Below are positions 18,623-27,173 of a DNA stretch of 50,350 nucleotides, in pieces (the stretch's first letter is position 1; each line of letters begins with the position of its first letter). Source of the DNA: Thermoleophilia bacterium. GTDB lineage: Bacteria > Actinomycetota > Thermoleophilia > UBA2241. Both the position numbers and the translations under genes were made by a program. The stretch lies in the NCBI GenBank assembly GCA_041648235.1, contig JBAZPK010000001.1, positions 1-50,350 of the forward strand. Reading direction: 5' to 3'. The notes below the pieces were generated by a model that searched no databases, had not been told where the DNA came from, and was given only the letters and a program-made list of their open reading frames with translations.

Positions 18623-19908
18623 CGAGACAGTGTACCAAAACCCTCGCTGAGGGACTCGGCGAGGACCAGGCGGCCGTCGCAGGCGGCCGCCAGCTCGTCC
18701 TCGGCGACATCGTCCAGGGTGCGACCCAGGGCCGCGGGCAGGAAGCCGCGCGGGGCCAGCAACCACTCCCCGGCGGCGAGCGGGCGCCGCCGGACGGCGG
18801 CGAGCACCTCGCGCCCGCCGAGCAGGCCCGTGACCGTCACGTGCGGGCCGAAGAGGCGGTTGCCGACCGGGAAAGCCGCGAGCGGCGCCCCTGCCGGCGC
18901 GAGCCACGCCGCGGCCGCGTCGATGACCGGCGCGGCCAGCGTGCCGCACAGCACCCGTACGCCGTCCGGCCCGTGGGGCCCGCCGCGCAGTGCCCGTGCC
19001 TCCGCGAGCAGCGCGGCCGACATGCCGATGCCGTTCTCGTACTGCTCGGGGGCGTCGCTCTCCGGCGGGAGCTCGCCGCAGAGGAGGTGGAACTCGTCCG
19101 CGGCGTGCACGAAGGCCGCTCCGCGCTCGCGACGGTAGCGCCGCTGCCAGCCCTCGACCGCATCGACCACGGTCCGCGCGTCCTCCGCCGTGACCCGCCG
19201 TAGATCGCCCTCGAGGGCCAGCGACACGGGCACGACCCCCAGATCGACGACCGCAGGCAGGGCCGCCGTGCGCGCCACCGTCTCGGCGAGCCGCTCGCCG
19301 TCGTTCCAGCCCGGGCAGAGCACCACCTGCAGATGCAGCTCGAGGCCGGCGGCGGCCAGCCGCTCGAGGGCGCCTCGCGTGCCGGCCGCCGCCCTCCCCA
19401 TCAGGCTCGTGCGGGCCTCGTCGTCCCAGGCGTGCAGCGAGACGTAGAGTGGCGACAGGCGCAGCTCCTCGATCCGCGCCAGGTCGGCGTCGTCGAGGTT
19501 GCTCAGGGTGGTGAAGTTGCCGTGCAGGAACGAGAGCCGGTAGTCGTCCTCCTTGACCGAGAGCTCGGGCCGCAGGCCGGCGGGCACCTGATCGACGAAG
19601 CAGAAGCGGCAGCGGTTGCGGCAACGCCGCGGCGGCGCGCCGAGGCCGTCAAAGCCCAGGGAGATGCCGTGCCACTCCCCCGGCGCCGGCTCGACGACCA
19701 GGTCGAGCGGCCGGCCGTCGCGGAGCACCGTCAGCCACAGGGCACCATCGGCGGCCGCCATCTCGAGGTCGAGCACGTCCGTCGGCACGGCGTCGTTGAT
19801 GCGCACCAGGCAGTCGCCGGCCCGCAGGCCGGAGCGACCGGCGGCGGCGCGCACGTCGGCGACCGGCAGGCCGGTCAGGCCGCGCCTCTCGGAGCGTTCA
19901 GCCCCCAC
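18619..19908 (-). CDS. PDZ + radical-SAM-like DUF512 family protein (function unknown)
   Basis: N-terminal PDZ-like segment (GLRAGDCLVRINDAVPTDVLDLEM), Cys triad CRNRCRFC (C-x3-C-x2-C), then YRLSFLHGNFTTLSNL...LSPLYVSLHA...VLCPGWNDG, as in DUF512 proteins. The start is taken as GTG 19908, an 11-nt overlap with the ispH 3' end. The longer ORF-track version runs through ispH in another frame. Confidence 0.75.
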   Translation of the reverse strand: MGAERSERRGLTGLPVADVRAAAGRSGLRAGDCLVRINDAVPTDVLDLEMAAADGALWLTVLRDGRPLDLVVEPAPGEWHGISLGFDGLGAPPRRCRNRCRFCFVDQVPAGLRPELSVKEDDYRLSFLHGNFTTLSNLDDADLARIEELRLSPLYVSLHAWDDEARTSLMGRAAAGTRGALERLAAAGLELHLQVVLCPGWNDGERLAETVARTAALPAVVDLGVVPVSLALEGDLRRVTAEDARTVVDAVEGWQRRYRRERGAAFVHAADEFHLLCGELPPESDAPEQYENGIGMSAALLAEARALRGGPHGPDGVRVLCGTLAAPVIDAAAAWLAPAGAPLAAFPVGNRLFGPHVTVTGLLGGREVLAAVRRRPLAAGEWLLAPRGFLPAALGRTLDDVAEDELAAACDGRLVLAESLSEGFGTLSR

Positions 19909-20833
19909 CGATCTCCACGAGCGCGCGAACCGTGGCCTCGATCTCGGTGTCCGGCGTCGAGGCGCCGGCCGTGACCCCGATCCGCCGGGCGCCGGTGAAC
20001 CAGTCGGGCTCGAGCTCGGCCGCCGACTCGATGTGGTAGGTACGGCTCTCGATCGCGCGGCAGAGCTGCGCCAGCCGCGCCGTGTTGGCGCTGTTGCGCC
20101 CGCCGACGACGACCACGACGTCGACCTCGGCGGCCAGCTCGCAGGCGGCGCTCTGGCGTTTCTCGGTGGCGTCGCAGATCGTGTTGTACACGAGCAGCTC
20201 GCGGGCCACGGGCGCCAGGGCGCCGGCGACGGTCTCGAGGTTGGCGCGCGTCTGCGTGGTCTGCACGACGACGCCCACCCGCTTGCCGCGCAGGCGCCCC
20301 AACGGCAGACCGGCGACGTCCTCCACGACCACGGCGCCCTCGCCGGCGAAACCCTCCAGGCCGGCGACCTCGGGGTGGTCACGCTCGCCGAGGATCACCA
20401 CCGCGTACCCGGCGTCGTGCAGCGATGCGGCCTTGCGCTGGGCGACAGCCACGAACGGGCAGGTCGCGTCCACCACGTGCAGCTGGCGGGCCCGCACGCG
20501 CTCGATCACCTCGGGGGCCACGCCGTGGGTGCGGACGATCAGCGTTCCGCCGCTGACGTCGTCGACGACCTCCGCGACTTCGACGCCGCGGTCCTCGAGC
20601 TGCCCCACGACGCTGGGGTTGTGGATGATCGGCCCCAGGGTGGCGACCGGCTCGGTGGCACCCTCCAGAGCGTCTTCGGTGATGCGCAGGGCGCGTTCGA
20701 CGCCGTAGCAGTAGCCGGCGTAGCGCGCCACGAGGATGTCGAAGGCGCCCGCGCTCAACTGGCAGAGGTCGGCGTGGCGCTCGAGCTCGTCGTCGTACGG
20801 CGGCCGCCGCTCCACGTCGTCAAAGCTGGGCAT
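19898..20833 (-). CDS. ispH: 4-hydroxy-3-methylbut-2-enyl diphosphate reductase
   Basis: Motifs GYCYGVERA, GPIIHNPSVV, DATCPFV and VVGGRNSANT. ATG 20833 gives about 30 extra N-terminal residues and a 14-nt overlap with plsC. An internal TTG (LSAGAFDILVA...) is an alternative start. Confidence 0.9.
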   Translation of the reverse strand: MPSFDDVERRPPYDDELERHADLCQLSAGAFDILVARYAGYCYGVERALRITEDALEGATEPVATLGPIIHNPSVVGQLEDRGVEVAEVVDDVSGGTLIVRTHGVAPEVIERVRARQLHVVDATCPFVAVAQRKAASLHDAGYAVVILGERDHPEVAGLEGFAGEGAVVVEDVAGLPLGRLRGKRVGVVVQTTQTRANLETVAGALAPVARELLVYNTICDATEKRQSAACELAAEVDVVVVVGGRNSANTARLAQLCRAIESRTYHIESAAELEPDWFTGARRIGVTAGASTPDTEIEATVRALVEIGGG

Positions 20834-21461
20834 ACAGATCGGCGACGGCGGCCCGCATGCGCCGCGCCGCCTCCTGGTAGCTCTTGCTGTTGCGCCCGGT
20901 CAGGTCGCTGAGGTCGAGGAGCGGCCCCACCTTGGCCCGCAGGGCGGGCAGCCCCGGCCGCCCGCCCCGGAACATGCGCTGGGTCCCCTCCATGGCCATC
21001 GGCACCACCGGCGCCCCGCTGCGCAGCGCCAGCATGCCGACGCCGGGGAGGAACTCGTGCACCGCGTCATCGCGGCGCCGGTGGCCCTCAGGGAACATCA
21101 GCAGCACGCCGCCCTCGGCGAGGATGTCGAGTGAAGTGCTCAGGGCCGCGCGGTCGCCGGCCCCGCGGTCCAGGGGGAAAGCGCCCAGCGTGACGATGAG
21201 CTTCCTCAGCGGGGCGAAGCTGAACAGCTCCTTCTTGGCCATGTAGCGCAGCGGACGGTCGAAGATCATGCCCACCACCACCGGGTCGAGGTTGGCCTTG
21301 TGGTTGGTGATCACGATGGCTGGGCCGTCGGCCGGGAGGTTGGCCGCTCCCTCGGCGCGACAGCGGTAGAGACCGCCGAAGAGCGGCACCGCGAGCCAGC
21401 GGCAGAAGGTGTAGAGGCCGCTCTCGCCGTGCCCCTTGAGCGGCAGGCCCCAGAGGCTCAT
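20820..21461 (-). CDS. plsC: 1-acyl-sn-glycerol-3-phosphate acyltransferase
   Basis: 213 aa with the HX4D acyltransferase motif (ITNHKANLD) and FPEGHR. ATGA overlap with the cmk stop. Actinobacterial cmk-plsC-der context. Confidence 0.85.
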   Translation of the reverse strand: MSLWGLPLKGHGESGLYTFCRWLAVPLFGGLYRCRAEGAANLPADGPAIVITNHKANLDPVVVGMIFDRPLRYMAKKELFSFAPLRKLIVTLGAFPLDRGAGDRAALSTSLDILAEGGVLLMFPEGHRRRDDAVHEFLPGVGMLALRSGAPVVPMAMEGTQRMFRGGRPGLPALRAKVGPLLDLSDLTGRNSKSYQEAARRMRAAVADLYAQL

Positions 21462-22120
21462 CGGGCACCGGCCCGGAAGCGCACCAGGGCGACCAGCTCG
21501 GCGACCACCTGTTCGAGTGTCAGTGCCGACGTGTCGAGCTCCACCGCGTCGTCAGCCTTGCGCAGCGGCGCGACCGCCCTGCCGGAGTCGCGGCGGTCGC
21601 GCTCGATGAGCGCCGCGAGCACCTCCTCCACGTCCACGTCGTCGCCGTTGGCGCGCAGCTCGGCGGCGCGACGGGCGGCGCGCACCTCCGGCCGCGCGGT
21701 CAGGTACACCTTGACAGCCGCGTCGGGGAACACGTTGGTGCCGATGTCGCGGCCCTCCATGACGATGTCCGCATCCGCGGCCAGGGCGCGCTGCTGTTCG
21801 ACCAGGAGGCGCCGCACGCCGGGCAGGGCCGACACTTTGGAGGCCGCGGCGCCCATCTCGAGGGTGCGGATCGCCTCGCTCACATCGCGCCCGGAGGCGC
21901 ACAGGCGGCCGTCGGGCGAGAAGTGCAGCTCGGCAGCCCGGGCCACGGCCACCACGGTGGCCTCGTCGTCGAGCGCCACGCCGGCCTCGGTGGCCAGCAG
22001 GCCGACGGCGCGGTACATCGCCCCCGTATCGAGATACACATAGCCGAGGCGCGCCGCGACCCGCCGCGCCACGCTGCTCTTGCCCGAGCCCATGGGGCCG
22101 TCGACGGCGACGACGGTCAT
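21458..22120 (-). CDS. cmk: cytidylate kinase
   Basis: The ORF-track frame is trimmed to ATG 22120 (MTVVAVDGPMGSGKSSVARRVAARLGYVYLDTGAMYRA). ATGA overlap with the tyrA stop. Confidence 0.92.
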   Translation of the reverse strand: MTVVAVDGPMGSGKSSVARRVAARLGYVYLDTGAMYRAVGLLATEAGVALDDEATVVAVARAAELHFSPDGRLCASGRDVSEAIRTLEMGAAASKVSALPGVRRLLVEQQRALAADADIVMEGRDIGTNVFPDAAVKVYLTARPEVRAARRAAELRANGDDVDVEEVLAALIERDRRDSGRAVAPLRKADDAVELDTSALTLEQVVAELVALVRFRAGAR

Positions 22121-23229
22121 TCGACGGCGCTCCCCGTGATGACATCGTAGCCGAGGGCGGCGAGCAGGTGGGCGCCGCGGGCGCACGCCTCGCGGCCCAG
22201 CACGTACACGGTCAGTGTGCCACCGAGCTCGGCGCTCATGTGGTGCATCGAGAGGTCCTCGATGTTGATGCCCGCGTCGCCGAGCGCCACCATGATCTCC
22301 CGGAAGACCCCGGGGCGGTCGGTGACGCGCACGATGAGGCGCTGCAGATCGCGCGCCGGGAGGCTGCCGGCCGCCAGCATGCGCTCCTTCTGCTCCGCGG
22401 CCCGCCCGATGGCGTCGCCGAGGCGCCCGGCGTCGTTGGCGGCCAGCGCCTCGATGACCTCCTGCAGCCCTTCCTGGAAGGTTGCCAGAGCAGCCAGCAG
22501 GGCGGCGCGGTTGTCGAGGAAGATGTCGGTCCACACGCGGCGGTTGCTGCCCGCCACGCGGGTGAGGTCGCGGAAGCTGGGGCCGGCCGAGAGCAGCGCG
22601 TCGCGAGCACCGGCGTGGCGGCCGGCCTGCGACATGAGCACGTTGGCGAGCACGTGCGGCAGGTGGCTCACGACCGCCATGAGGCAATCGTGCTCCTCCG
22701 CGTCCACGGCCACGGGGCGGGCGCCGATGGCGCCGAGAAAGGCGTACAGGCGCCCGTACGCGTCGGCGTCGACGTGCGCCCCGGGCGTCACGAAGTAGGT
22801 GGCGCCTTCGTACAGGGAGGCGCGGGCGTTGGCGACCCCGGCGGTCTCCGAGCCGCACAGCGGGTGCCCGCCGACGCAGCGGCTCTGCTGCGCCGGAGTC
22901 AGGGCGCGCATGAGCGGCCCCTTGGTGCTGCCCACATCGCTGATGACGGCCGCCGGGCCTGCCGCCGCGAGCGCCGCCTTGACGTCCTCCACCACGCGGC
23001 GCACCGGCGTGCAGACGAACACCAGGTCGGCGCCGGCCACGGCCTCGGCGAGGCTGTCGCAGGCGCGGGTGATGGCGCCGCGCTCCAGGGCGAGGTCGAG
23101 GGTGGCACGCGTGTGGCTGAAGCCGCGCACCTCGGCCACCCCGGCGCGCTCGCGCGCCGCCAGCCCGAGCGAGCCGCCCATGAGGCCGACGCCGAGGATG
23201 GCGACGGAGCTGACGGCAGCCGTGCTCAC
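22117..23229 (-). CDS. tyrA: prephenate dehydrogenase with C-terminal ACT domain
   Basis: Rossmann VAILGVGLMGGSLGLA and a C-terminal ACT-like segment LIVRVTDRPGVFREIMVALGDAGINIEDL. The start is set to GTG 23229, just after the aroF stop. The ORF-track start 23328 would overlap aroF. Confidence 0.85.
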   Translation of the reverse strand: MSTAAVSSVAILGVGLMGGSLGLAARERAGVAEVRGFSHTRATLDLALERGAITRACDSLAEAVAGADLVFVCTPVRRVVEDVKAALAAAGPAAVISDVGSTKGPLMRALTPAQQSRCVGGHPLCGSETAGVANARASLYEGATYFVTPGAHVDADAYGRLYAFLGAIGARPVAVDAEEHDCLMAVVSHLPHVLANVLMSQAGRHAGARDALLSAGPSFRDLTRVAGSNRRVWTDIFLDNRAALLAALATFQEGLQEVIEALAANDAGRLGDAIGRAAEQKERMLAAGSLPARDLQRLIVRVTDRPGVFREIMVALGDAGINIEDLSMHHMSAELGGTLTVYVLGREACARGAHLLAALGYDVITGSAVE

Positions 23230-23233
23230 GGCG

Positions 23234-24250
23234 TCAGCGGACGGTCTTCCCGGTCCAGCGGGCGAGGTCGAGGACGCGGCCCGCGTACTCCCCGAAGACG
23301 GCCGTCGGCAACGACTGCGGGCCGTCACACAAGGCGTGCTCGGGGTTGGGGTGCGTCTCTACGAGCACGCCGTCCGCGCCGGCCGCGACGCCCGCCAGCG
23401 AGAGCGGCAGCACCAGGTCGAGGCGGCCGGCCGAGTGGCTGGGGTCGACGACGACCGGGAGGTGGCTGGCGATCTTGATCACGGGCACGGCGCTGACGTC
23501 GAAGGTGTTCCGCGTGGCCGTCTCGAACGTGCGGATGCCGCGCTCGCAGAGGATCACGTCGCGGTTCCCCTCCTTGACGATGTACTCGGCCGCCATGAGC
23601 AGCTCTTCGATCGTCGTCGACGGACCTCGCTTGAGCAGCACGGGCTTGCCGACCTTGCCTAGCTCGGCCAGGAGCAGGAAGTTCTGCGTGTTGCGGGCGC
23701 CCACCTGAAGGACGTCGGCGTAGCCGCAGACGACGTCGAGGTCGCGAGGGTCCATCACCTCGGTGACGATGGGCAGGCCGGTCGCGTCGCGGGCGGCGGC
23801 GAGCATCCTCAGCCCGTCCTCGCCCAGCCCCTGAAAGGCGTACGGCGAGGTGCGCGGCTTGAAGGCGCCGCCGCGCAGCATGTGGCCGCCCGCCTCCTTG
23901 ACGGCGCGGGCGGCCGCCAGCACCTGCTCCGGAGTCTCCACGGAGCACGGGCCGGCGATGAGCGCGAAGTGGCCGCCGCCGATCTTGGTGCCGTGCACGT
24001 CGATCACCGTGTCGCGCTGCTGGAACTCGCGGCTCACGAGCTTGTACGGCTTGAGGATCGCGACCACCCGGTCGACACCGGGCATCGCCTCGAGCGGCAG
24101 CTGGGTGGTCTCCTCGCGGTCGCCGATGACCCCGATGATCGTCACGCGCTCGCCGCTCGACACATGCGCGCTGGCGCCGATCCCCTCGACGCGCGCGATC
24201 ACGGCGGCGACCTGTGCTTCGGTCGCCGCCTCCTGCATGATCACCATCAT
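23234..24250 (-). CDS. aroF: 3-deoxy-7-phosphoheptulonate (DAHP) synthase, type I-beta with N-terminal regulatory domain
   Basis: 338 aa with a ferredoxin-like N-terminal domain, then GPCSVE, GAFKPRTSPYAFQGLG and LPVVVDPSH. Confidence 0.9.
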   Translation of the reverse strand: MMVIMQEAATEAQVAAVIARVEGIGASAHVSSGERVTIIGVIGDREETTQLPLEAMPGVDRVVAILKPYKLVSREFQQRDTVIDVHGTKIGGGHFALIAGPCSVETPEQVLAAARAVKEAGGHMLRGGAFKPRTSPYAFQGLGEDGLRMLAAARDATGLPIVTEVMDPRDLDVVCGYADVLQVGARNTQNFLLLAELGKVGKPVLLKRGPSTTIEELLMAAEYIVKEGNRDVILCERGIRTFETATRNTFDVSAVPVIKIASHLPVVVDPSHSAGRLDLVLPLSLAGVAAGADGVLVETHPNPEHALCDGPQSLPTAVFGEYAGRVLDLARWTGKTVR

Positions 24251-24347
24251 GCTCAGCTCGGCCTCCCTTCATCGCCACGGCGAAGTGCGTCCCTTTGAGG
24301 CGCCGCCGCCTGCGTGAGATCTGAGTTCCGGAGCCCGCGCATGCGGG

Positions 24348-24722
24348 TCATTCCGGCAAGTCGAGGCGCAACTGACGCGCCTCGCGGAGATAGACATGAT
24401 GAGCCGCTCGAGCCGCCGGAAGGTACACGTGCATCAGCACTCGCAGGCACCGGGCCATCGCGCCCTCGACGGCGATCTCCTGGCAGCAGAGAAGCGGCGT
24501 GTGGGCAAGGCCCAGGCGCCGCGCCGCCACCGCGGGGAAGTCGGCTCGCAGGTCCGGCGTCGCGCTGAACACGATGCTGACGATGTCGTCGACGTCCAGC
24601 TGGTTGCGCTCCACGATGGCGCTCAGCAGCTCGGCCGTGCCGGCGCAGATCTCCTCGCTCGTGTCGGCGCCCACGGTGATGGCGCCACGGATGGCGCGCA
24701 GGCGGGCGGGGTGGTCAGTCAT
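24348..24722 (-). CDS. aroH: chorismate mutase, AroH class
   Basis: 124 aa with collinear similarity to Bacillus AroH (RAIRGAITV...IVSIVFSATPDLRADFPA...CLRVLMHV...HVYLREA..LR.DL). Confidence 0.88.
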   Translation of the reverse strand: MTDHPARLRAIRGAITVGADTSEEICAGTAELLSAIVERNQLDVDDIVSIVFSATPDLRADFPAVAARRLGLAHTPLLCCQEIAVEGAMARCLRVLMHVYLPAARAAHHVYLREARQLRLDLPE

Positions 24723-24752
24723 CCGGCTCCAGGTGTCGGGGCGAGTGAGGAA

Positions 24753-25739
24753 TCATACACCGTCGGGAACGCCGCCCCCGGCTGTGGCGTCCTCCCCGTC
24801 CGCGGGCGCCTCCGCTTCGGCGGGCGCCTCCGCATCGAGGGCCGCCTCCGGCTCCCCGGCCGCTTCCGTGGCCGCCTCCGCTTCCGCCGGCGCCTCTAGT
24901 CCGGCGGGCGCCCGCGGTTCGAGCCGCTCCTCCACCGCGGGCGCCTCCACCGCCGGCTGACGGGCCTCCGCGGCCAAGGGCACGGGCGGGCCCTCCACCT
25001 CGCGGCCCACGGCCTCGGCCACCTCGTCGCCGGAACGCCGCAGCCCCTCGACCTCGTCGGCGGTCAGCTCGCGGTAGCCGCCGGGCTCGAGGCCCTTGTC
25101 GACGATGGGGCCGTACCGGCGCCGGTGAAGCTCATCGACCGGCAGGCCCACGGCGGCGAACATGCGCCGTACCTGGCGCTTGCGCCCCTCGTGGATGGTG
25201 ATCTCGACGAGCGCCGTCTTCGCACTCTGTTTGCGCAGGTTGACCTCCGCCGGCGAGGTGAGGCCGTCTTCGAGGTCCACACCCTGCCGCAACGCCGCCA
25301 GCGCCCGGCGGCTCACCTTGCCGCGCACGCGCGCCGCGTAGGTCTTGGGGACTCCGTACCGCGGGTGCATCAGCCGGTTTGCCAGCACCCCGTCGTTGGT
25401 GAGGATGATGAGGCCGGTTGTGTCGACGTCCAGCCTGCCCACCGGGAACAGGATGCGGCCGCTGGGGACGAGATCGACGATCACCCGCTCGGCGTGCGGA
25501 TCGCTGCGCGTGCTGGCCACGCCGCGCGGCTTGTTCACGAGGATGTAGCGCAATTCGCGGACCTCGACCGGCTCGCCGTCGACCGCCACCACGTCTTCGG
25601 GGGCGATCTTCTGCCTCGGGAAGGCGACGACCTCCCCGTTGACGGTGACGCCCCCGCGGCGAATGAGCTCGTCGCAGGCGCGCCGCGAGCCGACGCCGGC
25701 GCGCGCCAGATAGACCACCAGGTTCATCGGCTGGCTCAC
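24753..25739 (-). CDS. rluB: 23S rRNA pseudouridine synthase, RsuA/RluB family, with acidic Ala/Pro/Glu-rich C-terminal tail
   Basis: S4 domain (YLARAGVGSRRACDELIRRGGVTVNG) and catalytic GRLDVDTTGLIILTNDG. GTGA overlap with the scpB stop. ATG 25727 is an alternative start. Confidence 0.85.
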   Translation of the reverse strand: MSQPMNLVVYLARAGVGSRRACDELIRRGGVTVNGEVVAFPRQKIAPEDVVAVDGEPVEVRELRYILVNKPRGVASTRSDPHAERVIVDLVPSGRILFPVGRLDVDTTGLIILTNDGVLANRLMHPRYGVPKTYAARVRGKVSRRALAALRQGVDLEDGLTSPAEVNLRKQSAKTALVEITIHEGRKRQVRRMFAAVGLPVDELHRRRYGPIVDKGLEPGGYRELTADEVEGLRRSGDEVAEAVGREVEGPPVPLAAEARQPAVEAPAVEERLEPRAPAGLEAPAEAEAATEAAGEPEAALDAEAPAEAEAPADGEDATAGGGVPDGV

Positions 25740-26311
25740 GCCCGCCTCCTCTCCGCATTGCTGAGCAGGCGGGCGCGGATCTCCTCGACCTCGGACGCCC
25801 CCAAGGCGAACTCTTCCAGGGCCGGCAATCCGGCGAGCGAGCCCAGGCCGAACAACTTGAGAAAGCGATCCCCGGTGGCGTACAGCAGGGGTGCTCCGGG
25901 GGTGTCGGCGCGGCCCCTCTGCTCCACGAGGCCGCGCTCCTCGAGCGACGAGAGCGCATACTCCGACGAGACGCCGCGCACCTCGGCGATCTCGGCGCGA
26001 GTCACCGGCTGGAGGTAAGCCACGACGGCGAGCGTCTCCAGCAACGCCGCCGAGAGGTCGTCGGGGCGCTCCGCGCCCGTGAGGCGGCGCACGTCCTCGG
26101 CGCAGTCGTCGGCGACCGCGAAGGTGTGGCCGCCGGCGACCTCGTGCAGGACGAAGCCGTGCCGTGCGGGCGCGTACTCGGCGCGCAGCTCGGCCAGGGC
26201 CTCGGCGACCTCCGCCTCGGCGCAGGCACAGGCGGCGGCGAGATCCGCCGCCGGAAGCGGGCGGGACGATATGAAGAGCAGCGCCTCGAGGCGCCGGGCG
26301 AGTGGGTGCAA
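25736..26311 (-). CDS. scpB: segregation and condensation protein B
   Basis: 191 aa: LEALLFISSRPL... with two winged-helix-like halves (VAYLQPVTRAEIAEVRGV). TTG start at 26311. Downstream of scpA. Confidence 0.88.
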   Translation of the reverse strand: MHPLARRLEALLFISSRPLPAADLAAACACAEAEVAEALAELRAEYAPARHGFVLHEVAGGHTFAVADDCAEDVRRLTGAERPDDLSAALLETLAVVAYLQPVTRAEIAEVRGVSSEYALSSLEERGLVEQRGRADTPGAPLLYATGDRFLKLFGLGSLAGLPALEEFALGASEVEEIRARLLSNAERRRA

Positions 26312-26371
26312 GGTCCCTCGGCGGTGAGTGGCCGGACAGCTCCCGATGCTACCGCAGGAGGGCGGCCGGCG

Positions 26372-27142
26372 TCATCCGGCGGCGAGCGCCGCCGGCCGCG
26401 CCACGCGAGTGACGACGATATCGCCGAAGTGCCGTCGCTGGCGCAGCACGGCCTCACCGGCGGAGTGCAGCTCAAGCAACGCGAAGAAGGTGACGGCGCG
26501 CTCCAGGCGCCCCTCCGGGGCGACGCCGGCGAACGTGAACTCCCCGGCGTCGTCGAGGATCACCCGCAAGCGCCGCAGCTCCTTGACGAGCGAGACCGCG
26601 AGGTCGGCCAGGTGGCTCGTATCGGGAGCCGGCGGCTCGCGCAGCAGCGGCGCCAGGGCGGCCGGCAACGTTTCGCGCGGCAACGCCCCCGCGGGGGCGG
26701 GCCGCCGGAGCAGCGCCGCCGGCACCGGGGTGCAGCGATACAGCCTGGCGGCGTGCTCCTCCCAACGCCTGCCCAGAGCGCCGCCGACGCTCTTGAACTG
26801 GCTGTAGCGCACGAGGCGCTCGAGGAGCCGCTCGGCGGCCTCGTCGGGGTCGAGGTCGTCGAGCTCGTCGTCGACCTCGTCCTCGAGCAGCAGACGTGAC
26901 TTCATCTCCAGCAGGGCGGCCACGAGGACGACGAACTGCGAGGTCGCATCGAGGTCGAACTCGCCACTGTCGGCGAGGCGCACGACGTACTCGGCGATGA
27001 TGCGCGAGACGCGCACCTCCCAGATGTCGATCTCGTCGCGGAGGATGAGCGTGACGAGAAGGTCGAACGGGCCGTCGAAGACGTCGAGGTCGAGCTCGAG
27101 CGCCACCTCCGGCGCGGCGCCGCTGGTGGCCTCGGCGCGCAT
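26372..27142 (-). CDS. scpA: segregation and condensation protein A (kleisin)
   Basis: The ORF-track frame is trimmed to ATG 27142, preceded by GGGGGAGGTGAC. Contains FDGPFDLLVTLILRDEIDIWEVRVSRI. Confidence 0.85.
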   Translation of the reverse strand: MRAEATSGAAPEVALELDLDVFDGPFDLLVTLILRDEIDIWEVRVSRIIAEYVVRLADSGEFDLDATSQFVVLVAALLEMKSRLLLEDEVDDELDDLDPDEAAERLLERLVRYSQFKSVGGALGRRWEEHAARLYRCTPVPAALLRRPAPAGALPRETLPAALAPLLREPPAPDTSHLADLAVSLVKELRRLRVILDDAGEFTFAGVAPEGRLERAVTFFALLELHSAGEAVLRQRRHFGDIVVTRVARPAALAAG

Positions 27143-27173
27143 CGCCGTCACCTCCCCCGCGGCAGGCAACGGC

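Noticed and set aside
17315-19624. 5'-extended versions of real genes in the ORF track: der as 769 aa, ribBA as 665 aa, metK as 485 aa, gpsA as 536 aa, cmk as 466 aa, tgt as 480 aa, ruvB as 470 aa, the EF-G paralog as 794 aa and others.
   Set aside because: Homology begins at an internal ATG or GTG that sits at, or overlaps, the stop of the upstream gene. The extensions overlap that upstream gene in another frame and are compositionally junk. Coordinates were trimmed accordingly.
24253-24347. A small ORF (MRGLRNSDLTQAAAPQRDALRRGDEGRPS) ending 3 nt before the aroF ATG, as a possible aromatic-amino-acid attenuation leader peptide.
   Set aside because: It contains no Phe, Tyr or Trp codons, has no SD, and starts inside the aroH 3' region. 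It is most likely a chance open frame.
24790-24900. Repetitive GCCTCCGC-rich DNA as a possible CRISPR or satellite repeat.
   Set aside because: It lies in frame inside the rluB coding sequence and encodes an Ala/Glu/Pro tail. There are only two adjacent 18-nt units and no spacer architecture.
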